From the NCBI GenBank assembly GCA_964658305.1, contig OZ210885.1, positions 15,190,001 to 15,254,000 of the forward strand: a DNA stretch of 64,000 nt, in the 5' to 3' direction. The notes beneath the pieces were generated by a model. That model was not told the origin of the DNA, did not search any database, and saw nothing but the letters and a program-made list of their open reading frames with translations. Origin of the DNA: Leptogorgia sarmentosa. Lineage: Eukaryota. The translations under genes were made by a program, and so were the position numbers. Below are positions 1 through 13,128 of the stretch, piece after piece (position 1 is the stretch's first letter; every line of letters starts with the position of its first letter).

Positions 1-2821
1 GGGTGGTTTGAGAAACCAAGGTCAGTTGGGGTTATTCGGTTGGAGGTTAAGTTGAATGAGGTAGGTTCTTTCGCAATGGTTTGCTCCAGTCGTCTTACTT
101 TAGCTGGTGTTTCTTCTGCTTCAGGTAGTTGGTTCACCACAATTTGGCCGAACTGGTTGATTGTTAAGTTTTTTCCAAACTAAAAAAAATTGAAATAAAT
201 TACAGGTAGCTTGACAGCCATTGCAAAATGTAAACTAACTAGAATATTAAACGGTGCACAGATATTATCAAACAATTGAAACCGTAATTCTGCGCTAAAT
301 AACAATGATATTGGATTGTTACCGTACCTGACGGATATGACTATTATACATTTTATTGTTCATTTTTTGGTTTGTGAAATAAGCAACCAATCTTTCAACA
401 AATACCGCATTATGGGGTGTCAACAAAGTGGTGAAATAGTTATCTCTATTTCTTCGATTGTTCAGTTGTTCGGCAGTCTCCAAATTCATCTTGCCACCAA
501 GTTGCCTGACACAAGAAGCACGACGTAATGAGTCAGCTGGGTTAACGGTATTTTTCTCATGAAATGGATCGAATAAACTGAAATGTTCGCAAGATCGTGT
601 GACGGGATTATAAAGTGCTTGCTCATTATTATCGCGATGGAACTCTTCAGAAATTTGTCCATGAACACCATTTGGATACCATGGCCAGTCCACACGCAAT
701 TCGCCGTTTTCAGCCTTTTCGATACTTTCACTCGTAGCCTCAGCAACACGGCCTTCGTTTGGACCAAAAACATCAAGACCCCGATTCCTTCCATGTGCCA
801 CGATCATGTTTCCTATATCGCACACGATGACATTTGGAAGAACAGCGAGACTCTTCAACATATCGACATGATCTCTCGGGCCTTCTTGACGTAAGAGCCA
901 TTTCAATCCATAGCAGATACCATGAGGGCATGTCATACCAAGCCATCCACCTACATTGGTGAATGCCAAGTATATTTTGGTTTATTATGAGACAACCTAG
1001 GATTAAATCTAAATTAATTCACTCGTCACAGGACTAGATCAATTAAGACTGGATGAATGTAATCATTTTTTACTTTGCAGACACTATGTTACCCAATCTG
1101 AAACAAACTTTTTTAACTTGTAATCTAGCAAAGTCCTCTAAGGTGGGTTTAAAATAATTTTTCTGTACATTTTTTATACTAACCTGAACCTCCCCACATT
1201 TTGGAGAAAAGCGTAACAAACTTTTCCTCAATGTTCAAAGCACTTTTAAGCCTATTCAAAATATCAACCTTTGAGCCTTTATCACTTAGATTTAGGTTTC
1301 TGGCGATCTCTCTTAAAACAGAAGCCTATGAAGAAAAAAAACGATTTATAACACAAAAAACGAAGAAGGGATTTATATCCCTTTCATTTTGAGTTCAGAT
1401 ATCCAACATAATCACATAAGATATCGCGCGGGTGTCGCACTGTATACTGTGAGAAAGCTTACTACACCATAGGTGTTTGTGCGTTCGTCGTTAATTGCCT
1501 GGTTGAAAATATATTGGTATAAAATTGTACTTGTATTTAAACAATATTTGCATTGTTAACTTATTCATATACCTTACCTGGCTCTCACAGAACAGATCCA
1601 TGATTTTTTCAATTGAAAGATCATTCTGAAGCGTCCCATTTGAAGTAACATTGGCTTTATGGTTTGCCTTTTGGAACTCCGAATTAACGACAAGTTTGCC
1701 TTTCTTACACTTTGGACCAATATAGGGTGACCAAAACGTATAATTTGGTTTAATTTGCAACATATTCGGTTCTGATCCTAAAATATATAAAAAATATAAT
1801 TATGTAACATAATTTTACACAATTAGTTTTTCCTTTGTACGTTAAAAACAGAGTAGAGAGAGAGAGAGAGGAGAGAGTTCCTGAAGAATTACCTCTCAAA
1901 ATGCCTCGATGTACAATGCTGAGGTTACATTTATTCCAAAATGCGTCTGAATCCACATTTTCAACACCATCGCTAACTTCTTCTGGTAGTTCAAGATCAC
2001 TAACTATACGTTAACAAAGACAATTATATAAGGGACAAATCGGTAAACATTTTTTTGTGGACTTTTATAATTTCACAATAGTTCAAAAACACGTTCTCAG
2101 ATTTCACCATGGACTAAATCAGTATCTGTATACCAATACCGTATGATATATTTTTATGCAATTCTAACCTGATAACTCAAACACGCCTTTCTTGTCTACA
2201 TCCAAGTTCAGCAATGTGGGATAGTAACCACATAGGATACAGTGGAACGAGTATGAATGATCAGTTAATGCTTCAAAATGTAGATATGCATTTAATATAT
2301 GACCACGTGGCAACTGGAATGGCTTCAGCTGCAACCAATTCTCTAATGCTTCAACTGTATGACTCACAGCGTTGTGAACCTAATGCATGTACGCAATAAG
2401 AAAATTGTAATCAATTAAACTTCTTTCTGTAACATGACCCTATTTGAATTAATGGTGGCATGTCCTTTTAAAGGTGCAGTAACTACATGCAGGTATACGA
2501 AGTAATAATCTATAACTGTAGTATAAATCACTGGCGTAACCAGAACGATAATTGGGGGTGTGGGCGGTGGCGGGCATATTCATATATTCATGTTTTGCAT
2601 TATCAATTTCTTTGGAAATCAATTGTTCTTTTATGGTATGTGAACACGAATATATGAATATATATTCCCCCTTCCAATTATCGTTCTGGTAATGCCATTG
2701 TACCAATGTATTGAGGTACTTTATATATATCGGTACTTACAGACGATATAGAAGTACTGAGTCAGTATGTCACATTACACATGCCCATAGAAATCACAAC
2801 ATTTTGCTGGATATAGCAGTT

Positions 2822-2866
2822 AGCAGACAGTTGTTTCGCCCTTGTTGGGGCTCATCAGCACGGTGC
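2822..2866 (-). ncRNA. Minimal type I hammerhead ribozyme motif in an intron
   Basis: Minus strand reads CTGATGA-GCCCC-AACA-AGGGC-GAAA-CAACT-GTC. This has the CUGANGA and GAAA cores, a stem II (GCCC/GGGC), a short stem III and a GUC cleavage triplet. Stem I is weak. Confidence 0.75.
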
Positions 2867-5118
2867 AGTCGAATAACCAAAAATTGATTTTTGAGGTACG
2901 ATACAGATGGCGAGATGTTGACTGCGTATGCCATCACATCTCCAGGATACACCGTTTTTCACCGTTAATAACGGCGTTATTCAGTAAGGAAATTTAATTT
3001 CAGGTTATTGGACAACCGTGGACAGCTGTACAGATATTTCACCCAATTTTTTTTCAACTAATTGATAAAGATTAACTATTCGACATGGTTTAAAATTAAA
3101 CAAAATGTTCTTGAATCTCTTTGTACATAAAATTACAGATATTTGAATATAGTGCGCGTAATCTGAACTTTATACTGAGTTACGATTAGTTATGTAAAGG
3201 TTGAATTACGAAGACTTTATTCGGACAATCTTTAATTTCATATTTAATAAAATTGTCAGTCAATAAAGAGTTAACTGAATGTGCTTCCTGATCATATCAC
3301 ACACACCTAAGCTTAATAGCCAGTTGTCATTGAAATTATGGATGCCATCCTGGTACTCTTGATATCGATAAGGCATTTGACATTCTGTACAAAACTTGAT
3401 ATACAGAGAAACATCTAAAATAATAAAGTATGACTATGCTTTCAAAAATAATTCGGATACACATCTGTACTGTACATACCAAATATTCAGAAATCTTGAA
3501 TCAATCCTTGTAGTGTAAGTAGTTTTGCAGAAGGGGTTTTGGATCAGATAGTTTCCCATTACAGTAATAACATGTTGTTTCTGTTGGGTAATAGCTACAA
3601 AAAATATAATTCATAGATTTGTTAAAAATATGATTCTATGGACAAGATCATGACTTCCAGGTGATATATGATCATGGTAGAATTCACCTTCAAGAGAAAA
3701 GAAATGGTCAATGCTTTATATATAGTAATTGCAACTCAATAAGTTAACTGGACTAATTGGCAGGTCAATAAACACATTCTGTGGCAGTACTGTCCTGTTG
3801 ACAAGTGCAATTATCTGAACAGCGATAATGAACTTTGATAGGCTGTACGTAAGTGTACTGTAAGTGGTGGAAAAGAACATCAACGAGCAGCTAAAATAAT
3901 GTCTACTCACTATCTAATGATATTTTGAGCAGATTTAACTATTGCTTGTTGAAATTGTATACCAGTGTTATTGAAAAGTTAATGAACAGTATATACTTTA
4001 CTGGACTACACAAAATACTAGAAAAACAACTAACCTTTTCAAGTAGTCATCTTTTGAAACTGTCTGGTGGAATTTTCTTATTATTCAAGATGTACTCTGA
4101 CATTCGAATGGCACACTCGGCAGCAGGAGGGTAAAATGGACCAACGATGGACGTGGTGGCAGTCACTTCAGCGTCTTCTTCGTCGACCTCCTCCAATGAG
4201 ACTGGCTCTTCAGCTACATCTGTGTCAGCATTGGTAGAAGGTGGAACTGATTCTAACAACTGTGGATTCCATTCAGCCAGTGCCCACTTGGTGATACATT
4301 TGTGTAAACAGGATCTTCGACCAGGAGAGCATTTACAATTGAATTTCATGCATTTGGTGTCCACAGTGACAATTACCCTGTTTTGACATTTGCAAACACA
4401 GAAAAGTGTATGAATCGACTGGATGAAGATAGTGGCATCTGAACAATAAATGGCACCTTTTCCTTCAAAGCTTTTTCCTGCAATTCCAGACATTGTGCAA
4501 CTCTTTCAGACTTTAGCCATTTAATTGTATTGGTGATAAAATCCAACTTTTCTACTGAAAGGGGGGAGTCTTAAACAGGTTTAAGAAAATGTGTGGATTG
4601 TAAATGGTCACATAAAAAACCAGATTGTCCACTCCTGATTGATGTCTCAGCATACTGACGACATACTTGGGAACTACAATGTATCGTAGCAGGAGGGGTA
4701 ACCATAAATTGGCAATGAATTGGATAGTCTACACCATGCCACTGTTTTCTAACTAGGTATATCCCATTTCTTTGGTCAACACAAATACCATTGAGAAATC
4801 TGTTTTGACTGATCTTCAAATTTGTTGACTGGTGCTGAGTGCGGATATGACTGCTGAGTGAGTTTGGGTGCAATTCTCGACCACATTTGTCATAAGGACA
4901 TTTGACTTTTGGTGGTTGTTGTCGTAATGATCGAGTTGCAGGGGCTTTGAAGTCAAATGATTGAGTTTGGAAATCAGTGGACTCATCAACAAATACAAGG
5001 TCCTGCATTTGTGTAGGTGACTGTGGTTCCTGTTGGATAGGTTGATTTCCATGTGGCAGATCCAATGTGGCATTTCCATGTTCTTGCTGCTCATCTTGTT
5101 GTTCTTCATCTTGCTGTG

Positions 5119-5212
5119 GTTGTTGTTGTTGGACCTGTTGCTGAGCATGAAATTGTTGTTGTTGCTGTTGCTGCTGTTGTTGTTGTTGTTGTTGTTGTTG
5201 CTGCTGTTGTTG
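5119..5212 (-). repeat. CAA/CAG trinucleotide repeat encoding polyQ
   Basis: (TTG/CTG)n on the + strand; about 20 consecutive Q in ORF 4571-5419. Confidence 0.95.
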
Positions 5213-7570
5213 GGATGTTGTTGGCCCTGAAAGATTCAAGCTATGGTTGCTCTTTAAATGTCGCACAAGCTCCTTTTCTCGTTTGAAACCTGCAGCACAA
5301 CCATAGCAATGGTAATGGGTGATGTTTTTGAAGTCTTTATTCTGCCCTCTGCTGGTGGGAAAAGTGCAGGCCAGTTTACACCTTAAAATACTGAATCCTA
5401 TTCGCAAGATAAAAATCAAGATGCATGAATATATGAATAATTGAATATATGCATTTCAAGCAATTATGCAACCATGTTATATTCATGCTACAATATTCGT
5501 TATAAATATTCATGTATCATAGCTAACCTCCGTCATCAACACGATTATTCCAGTGCACATTCTTAAAATGTTCCTTTATCTCGCTTGGTCTTGATTTCAA
5601 AAAGGTACAAAGATGGCAATGAAATAGATTGCCATTGCAATTAATGGAAGTACAGTCCGATCGTCCACAACGAACAAAATTTACATCACACACCGCTTGT
5701 TTCACAATGGACAAATGCGTCCAGTTGCTGGACATAACTTACTCTTATTGTGCATTAAATTACGATATCTAAGAGTAATACTATGTGTAAGAAAGATTTA
5801 CAGTGTTGAGAATATGATCGCTTAATCGCGGTTTATACAAAAAGTTGCTGGAAATTTTTTTTGTTTATAGATATAGTACTGATCTATAAATATCTTCAAA
5901 GCGGGAGTGATTTCTGTCGTATTTGCTTGTCTGTCTGTCCTATTTGCTCGTGAATAGGTCGTATTTGCTGCTGGGAATAGCACAGTCTTACTCCTTATAA
6001 GGAATACGTACTAGATACTAGATATATCTATCGCACTGCGGGGTTCATTATGCATTTTTTGCCACTATTCACCAGGCTGTCACAGTTCAAAGCTCTTTGT
6101 TATGTTAATGAAGCACTATATAATACACCATCTGCCCACACCATATCGTCTTTTTTTCGTGTGCATTACACTTGGCTGTCGCGACCGAACTAGCTGTCAT
6201 TATGACCGAACAACAAGCTCTTCCTGACGGTGAATTGTCTTTGCCCTCAACAAGCATATCTGTGGAAGCTCGAATGGATGCTCTTTCTAAGAATATGGAC
6301 AGAATTACGGCGCAGTTCGCACATCTGACCGGAGCAATTGAAGCGGAATCCGTTGATTTCGACTTTGTAGAAGACCCTCGTCAAATCGAAGCAGATGTTA
6401 GTTCCGTGTTTGACCCTGCTGACAGTTATCTCAAGAATCAGTCGGTAAAAGCCTCGTTGAGGCTGAGCTGCCGCATGATGATCTTTACAAGGATACAGAA
6501 GATTGTGGCCCATCGGTTGCTGCAGGGGTTGCCAAGCGAATGAATAGTTCCTGTACAAAACGTCCAGCGAAGGAGCAATTCTCTCAAATTCAGAAGAAAT
6601 ACCTCCGCCCAGCAAATTGTGAATCCCTAAAATCTCCCCGGGTAAACCCCGAGTTGTGGGATGATTTACAGGATAAAACGAAAGCTCACAAAGCTTCGTT
6701 TCAAGCGCATCAGAAGAATTTAATTAAGGTTATAATCGCAGTTGTCTATTTGGCTGATAAGGCTGTTCAAGCGAAACAGGGAAGAAGGAATCAGTTCCTC
6801 TGTCTGAGGTGTATGACCTAATTGTGGATGCCCTAACCCTTCTTGGCAACTCGGTTTACGATTTCTCGATAAAAAGGAGAGACCTTCTAAAATCAGAAGT
6901 TGCCCCAGCATATAAATCACTATGTCACGAGTCCCAACCTATTACCACTATGCTATTTGGCGACGAGTTGCCGTAAAGCAGGGCTTTCAAGCTCAAAAAG
7001 TTACGCGAGCGCTCAATCGCTTCCCAATTGAATTCTTACAGTTACTGCGCGAGCGGTCTAAAATCGTCGTGAAAATCTCTTCTACGAGGACGAAGTAGAT
7101 TTGAAATAACATAAACATACAGAACTTCATGAATACCGTCCTTAAATATAAAATTAAATATACAAATGCACAACAGGTTTTAATGGTAATTTATAACGAC
7201 AATATTTATGCTACCGGTAGTAATTTGACTGGTTACTATGGTCTACACAGTTATAAATGTGTGTGGTTCGGTTCCATAAAATACCCAAAACCGAGTACAG
7301 TCATTAAATAATTCCAGTAATCGGCATACATGTAGCCAAGCCTCTTGATAAACAAACTGATTTTGACGAAAATAAAAAGAGTCTAATTATTTACAAATGC
7401 TAAAACTCGAAGTCTTGAAAGTTTTTAGACTAGTGAAAACGAGCAAGTCAACCTTCAAAGTTCGAGCAATATGTTCACTGTTGATCACATGTTGTATGCC
7501 GTTTGTCTTCTAAAAATAAACGATTCATCCCGGTCAATGTAATGCGTTTGGTGTTTGTTTTTCACTATAA

Positions 7571-7802
7571 AGCCCCGCACAGACGAGCAATGTTTCCTTG
7601 ACAAATTTCTTGACAAGTTTATTTTCTCGTGTGTACAGCAAACAATTTTTCCTGGTTGGCTGTACACCTTTTCCTGGTTCAAAAGCTGATCATGCCAACT
7701 TTTGAACCAGTTCCTTGTCAAGGAAAACTTGTCAATTTTTTTGTCGTACACACAAACAAATAAAACTTGTCAAGGAAAAATTGCTCGTCTCTGTGCGGGG
7801 CT
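7571..7802. mobile_element. PIF/Harbinger-like MITE inside the hAT
   Basis: TIR AGCCCCGCACAGACGAGCAA / TTGCTCGTCTCTGTGCGGGGCT; TAA on both flanks; internal CTTGACAA/TTGTCAAG repeats. Confidence 0.8.
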
Positions 7803-7906
7803 TAAAATTCCCTTTACATCAAGTTCAATTTCTATCGCAAAATGTTCATGGAAGATCATCAGAAGAGTTATCTTCAGAACTTGATATAAAAAGTTCAGAA
7901 TCATCT

Positions 7907-10900
7907 TCATCTGTGTCGCTTCTGTCGCTTAGGCTTAGCTCTGAAAGGCTTTCGGACTCTTGCTGCTGCTCTTCTGTCGTGGCGCTTGGTTCCCCATTTT
8001 AATCTCTGCCTTTTAGCTTGATTGTCAACTTTTCTTTGTCGGTTGTTTTTGGCAAGGTAAATCTCGACAGCGCGGTTAATAATTTTGTCCTTTTCTTGCA
8101 GATTCCATAAACCATCGTTCCCATAGATTACCACCAAGTCGTTCAACGTAGGATGGCTCATCGACAAGTGCTTATCAGAAAGAATGTTGGTAACCACACT
8201 GAACATTCGTTCAACAGATGAATTAGAACCAGAAATAGAGATTATGAGGCTGGCTAGCTTGCAAAGGTGAGGAAACTCATCTTTACGACAGGAAAGGACC
8301 GACTTCCATAACGAATTTGCGTCCGGTAATTTGGGATAGCGAGTCTTGACGAAGACTTTAAAACTCTTCCATTCTCTTAAAGCCTTTGGTAGGTCAAATG
8401 ATACCAGCGAAAGAGGTTTGGCGAAATGAGCTGCCATTGCCGAGATGTCTTGGATACCATATTCTTTGTCACTGGACCACAGTTCTGGACTGAACCATCT
8501 CATCTTTGAATATATCGGATCGTCGTACTTGATAAATCGTGTTTTCAAGGTCTCTATAAGGACTGGAATGACTTTTCTTTTAACTTGACGCATGCGTGTG
8601 AAACAATTTTCTCTATGAAAATCGTTGAGAATTCAACTGTGATATACTCTCGATTAGGTTTCTTCTTCTGCTTATCACCAGCTTTCACAAATTCTCCCCT
8701 GGCGTCACCATCCTCGGAATAACATAACGCGCTACGTAGCTGTCAAAGAATTCATCCTCTGTGTCGATTTCGTCCAACTTTTCATTCAGCTGCATTATAG
8801 CTCTTGAAACTGACATGGAAACTTCGTATGGCATTAGGGCTTGAGCCTCAAATACCATAGATGTAGGGGCGATCTGTTCAAGCAAGTCCAAATAGCCATC
8901 AATCATGCAAAGAAATGAATATGACTTCAACTTCGTTAACAGACCAGTGACCTTCGCACGAACATTTCCACTGAACTCTCGCTTGTTTGCCACCAAATCT
9001 TCATAAGCGGTTGTGAATGCTGGCCAGGTCTCGAGCAGATTCTTAAAGCCTCTGCGCCGATGATTAACAAACCGAGTGCCATGGATTTTTGGTAGCTTGT
9101 AGTACTGAATTCCCAATGTTGCAGCACATTCTTTTACCTGATGCTTCAATTTTCCGGAATTTTTCAAAAGATAATAGTTAGTTTTGTAAAACTCTTCAAC
9201 CTCTTGAAATTGTGGAATATCGAATGCTGATTTGACTGCTAACTCAATTCTGTGGTTTGCACAGTGTATAGTTAACAACCACGGACGAGTTTGTTTAAGT
9301 TGGGTCAGCACGCCATTATAGATCCCGGTATTGACACTAGCGCCGTCTGCAGTGGAACTGATTAACTTTCCCTCGTAGTTTTCTGGCGTCATTTTGTACG
9401 GGCCTATCAAACAAACTGTTAATGCTGTTCGGTTGCATCTGCATTAACACCACCAAACTTTTCCATCTCTAGCAGACTGGCCACTATGTACACGGATATT
9501 CCATTTCTTTCAGTACAAATCGAAATGAGCTCTTTTTCACATTTTGTCTTCCGTGCTTGGCTCCCATCGCTCAAAATGTAAAAGAAATCTGCGCTGCCAA
9601 AGATCACGGCACATTTTTTTCAACAGCTTTTGCAATGCAATGAACAAACTCTCGCCCAGTTCTTCCATCTTCTTTCCTTTCAATCAAGCGTACACCATTG
9701 GCCTTCACACATTTTATAAGGACGCCAAAATGACGATGGGGCATCGTTGGCTCCATGGCCATTTCATAGGCACATTTCATAAGATTTCTATATGCTTCTT
9801 CGGTAGATTTCTTTACGCACACCGTAATTGACATTTGCACCTAGTACAAAATATATTGCTATTTATTTGAAAAACCTTCCCCGCCCCGGGTTTTTTAAAT
9901 GCCAAAAAAATACCCACCTTGTGAATCAATGTGAGTCATACCAGAATTACTGTATATTGTTTTGAGAAAATCAAGGCTAAAACATATACAGCGGAAATCT
10001 TTATCGTATTTTTATATAAGTAAATAAAACATTAATTTCTTTTGTATTTTCTGTGTGAATTATCAATGTTTCATTCTAATTTAAACTTACAACTCGCGCT
10101 GGGTGTTTTCAAGGTCTTTCAAGAAATCGAATTGCCTGAACTGCAGTTCATCCCTCATAATAAAGAAAGTCGAAATTTCAATATCAAAATAAACAACTGA
10201 CTGTACAGTATTTCGAATGTCTAACTACGGGTTTTTAGTTATAATTTAATTGATTTATTGTCGTCGAACGTATAAACAAATTATCCAGACTTTTTATCAT
10301 CAAATTCAGTAGTCAGTATAACAGCGCTTCAATTACTGTACAAACGACTTTCAGGCGAATAAAATAATTCTCGCAAATATATTAACAGAAAAAATATACA
10401 TGAGATTGTACAAAAAAACAAGGCAACGCCCATGACTGTTTATATTAAATTCTGTCTAACTTGTCGGCTTTTATACTGTAACTGCATGTCTTATTGTTTA
10501 TTTTTGAAAATTCAATGAAAGCACTTATTAAACATGAAATAATCGTAATTCACGACATGAAGTATTAACTAAGTCTGAGGCTAAGCTGTGCAAGTGGTAC
10601 CTTGCCATCCGAATTCAATGGTTTTTCCAAAGTTATTCTTCCCTGTGTTGGCTTCGACTGCTCACTTTGTATCGCGATTCGATGACCCTCGCCGATCAAA
10701 TGTCGTAAAACATTAAATTTGCTAACGTAATTCGTGCCTTAAATGTACGTCAGGACAGATTTCTTCACGGGTCCTTTACAATTTGGATGCACGAGGACGG
10801 CGTTTCTATTTCGCTCACAGACTTTGCACGAAACAAAATTAACGTAAGTGTGATTATCCACACTGATAGTTTTGTATCCAATTAGACTTTCCTTCCCCCA

Positions 10901-10945
10901 ACCCAAAAATGTGGAAAGTTCAACTTTACTACCTTTACTCGCCAT
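7907..10945 (-). pseudogene. hAT transposase, spliced (intron about 9841-10600) and frameshifted
   Basis: Motifs ILSDGS, STADGASVNTG, IHCANHRIELA, GTRF, and dimerisation motif SNSSVERMFS, spread over ORFs 10739, 9604, 9419, 8685 and 7907. Confidence 0.85.
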
Positions 10946-11199
10946 AATTACTCTCCTGTCAAAACTCAAAATTCAAAACTGCTTTGCTCTATTGTCTAGC
11001 ATTGGTGCGCGCGAGCAATCACGCGCCTTGGCACACTTGGGCGCGTGTGGGCGCGCGCGAGCGAGCGATCGCTCTCACCCTGTTGAAAGCCCTGCGCAAA
11101 GCATTCGTAACATCTGTCAAGTCAAACGTATGGCGGCAAAGAGTGTTGTTCACAAGCGTGGTATGTCGGAGGCGCCACAGAGGGGTCCTTCGCGTGATA

Positions 11200-13128
11200 A
11201 GAGGGGACGGTATAATTCGCGCCTGACAAATGATCAATGGGTCATTGACGCTGTTAATGGCTACAAAATTGAATTTAGTACTATACCAGTACAGCATAAA
11301 TTACCGGGAAAAATTGGCTTTTCACAGAGTGACACAGCCCTTATTAATATTGAAATACGAAAGTTACTAAATAAAAACACAATACGGGAAGCTACATACC
11401 ATGAGAATCAGTTTATTTCAAATCTGTTTATAATCCCGAAGAAAAACGGCGAGCTTCGCCCGGTTATCAATCTTAAACCTCTCAATGAATTTGTAACATA
11501 TCACCATTTTAAAATGGAAAATTTGAACAGTGTTTTGGACATTTATAACAACAGTAGATCTAAAGGATGCATATTTTACTGTTCCTATTCATCAAGATCA
11601 TTTCAAATATCTTCGTTTCGAATGGGACTCTAGGCTATTCGAGTTTACGTGTTTGCCGTTCGGACTCTCCTCAGCTCCCCGAGTATTCACTAAAATTATG
11701 AAGCCTATTGTGGCTGAGTTGCAGGGTACAGGAATTATAGTTGTCATTTATCCAGATGACTTGGCTATAATAAGTCCCAGTTTTGATCAAGCTCTCCAGG
11801 ATTTAAGAGCTACAGTAAAACTTCTCGAGTCTTTAGGATTTGTTATAAATCAGGAGAAGTCACATTTTCAACCATCCCAGGTTATTGAATATTTGGGGTT
11901 TGAAATCAATTCTTTGACAATGCAGGTATTTCTTCCCATGGGGAAGATGAATCACTTACTTAATAAGGCGAGGCTTTTGTCTAATTCAGCCTCTTGTACC
12001 ATTCGCAAGGTGGCTGGCCTAATTGGGCTCATTGTTTCTTTGTTTCCGGCGATTAAACCAGCAAAATTGTACTACAGAAACCTGGATAATTTTAAAACCG
12101 AGGCATTGCATCTGCATAACAACAATTATGACGCATCTGTCCCTTTAACAGCATTAGCCCGCCCGGACTTATTTTGGTTTATAACCAAGAGTCAATTATA
12201 TAATGGGGCAAGTCTGATTAAGCCCGCGAAGACATTGCAAATAGCAACCGACGCCTCCAATTTGGGGTGGGGTGCGGTGTATAACTCAGTAACGACAAGT
12301 GGGACTTGGGCCCACAACGAGGGTTTGTTACATATTAATTGTTTAGAGCTCAAGGCTGTTTTGTTTGCGGTGCAATGTTTTGTCCTTGCTTCTGGTCTGC
12401 ATGTTAAGGTATTTAGTGATAATGGATCAGTCGTCGTCTAGATTAATAATATGGGTGGGTCGGCTCATTTGTTAAATGAGTTCACCAGACAAATTTGGGA
12501 ATGGTGTATCCAGCGTCACTGTATAATTGAGGCCTTTCATGTCCCAGGAAGGGATAATGTTGAAGCTGATTATCTCTCTCGCAATTCCAGGGATCATTTA
12601 GAGTGGAAGTTACATCCCACACTGTTTACTTGGATATGCCAAACCTTGGTTACTCCAACTATCGATTTATTCGCTTCTCGACTAAATTTCCAAGTTTCTA
12701 ATTATGTCTCCTGGAAACCGGACCCGGACGCACAGGCTGTTGACGCCTTTTCGCTTGACTGGGGAAATTATACTCCATACTTGTTTCCTCCTTTTAGTCT
12801 CCTCGGGAGAGTAATGAAGAAACTGATCAGAGACCGGGTGACAGATGTGATTGTAATCTCGCCCTGGTGGCCCACAGCTCATTGGTACCCGGTCCTCCGG
12901 CACCGTGCGTGCAGCGCTTCACTTCTTCTACCTCAATGGCGCAACCTACTGTTGCATCCTCACGACAAAACATTGCTGCACCCGCTAAGGGACACAATGC
13001 GCCTAGTTGCGTGGTGTATCTCAGCTTGCGTTTCGAAAGTAGCGGACTTTCTGAACGGGCTACCGACTACGTCCTCAAATCCTGGAGGCCAGGAACAGAA
13101 AAACAGTACGCAGCGGCATGGAACTGCT
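11200..13128 (+). pseudogene. DIRS-1 pol (RT, RNase H, adenine-methyltransferase-like) and start of YR
   Basis: ORFs 10872, 11530 and 12451 with a frameshift and a stop; overlapping YR frame GLSERATDYVLKSWRPGTEKQY. Confidence 0.85.

Larger units (their letters stand above)
1..5735 (-). pseudogene. Multi-exon Zisupton/HMGXB3-like KDZ transposase gene (C2H2 fingers, polyQ, SWIM, CxC, SAP, transposase core); degenerate; runs off the left edge
   Basis: Exons join via GT-AG introns, e.g. intron 5398-5527 keeps the frame DDG-GFSILRC. Motifs: C2H2-like CHLC..H..H and CPYDKC..H..H; SWIM CKCSPGRRSCLH; YRYQEYQDGIHNFND (about 3300-3400); NAYLHFEAL..CILCG (2168-2380); SAP-like LREIARNLNLSDKGSKVDILNRL (about 1245-1320); GGWLGMTCPHG..EGPRD (319-997). 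Stops and frameshifts near 4500-4571. Confidence 0.75.
6979..11094 (-). mobile_element. hAT DNA transposon (ZNF862-like transposase) inserted in DIRS gag
   Basis: 12-bp TIR CAGGGCTTTCAA (6979) / TTGAAAGCCCTG (ends 11094). Flanks CGTAAAG / CGCAAAG (7 bp, one mismatch). Confidence 0.9.

Noticed and set aside
5033..5286. Poly-Leu and poly-Val ORFs on the + strand
   Set aside because: Antisense shadows of the polyQ repeat.
6050..6170. Left terminus (ITR) of DIRS-1 matching 17830-18000
   Set aside because: Only weak partial complementarity; no convincing ITR or ICR.
10872..11633. 253-aa ORF as a real gene
   Set aside because: A chimera of the hAT terminus read into DIRS gag/pol.
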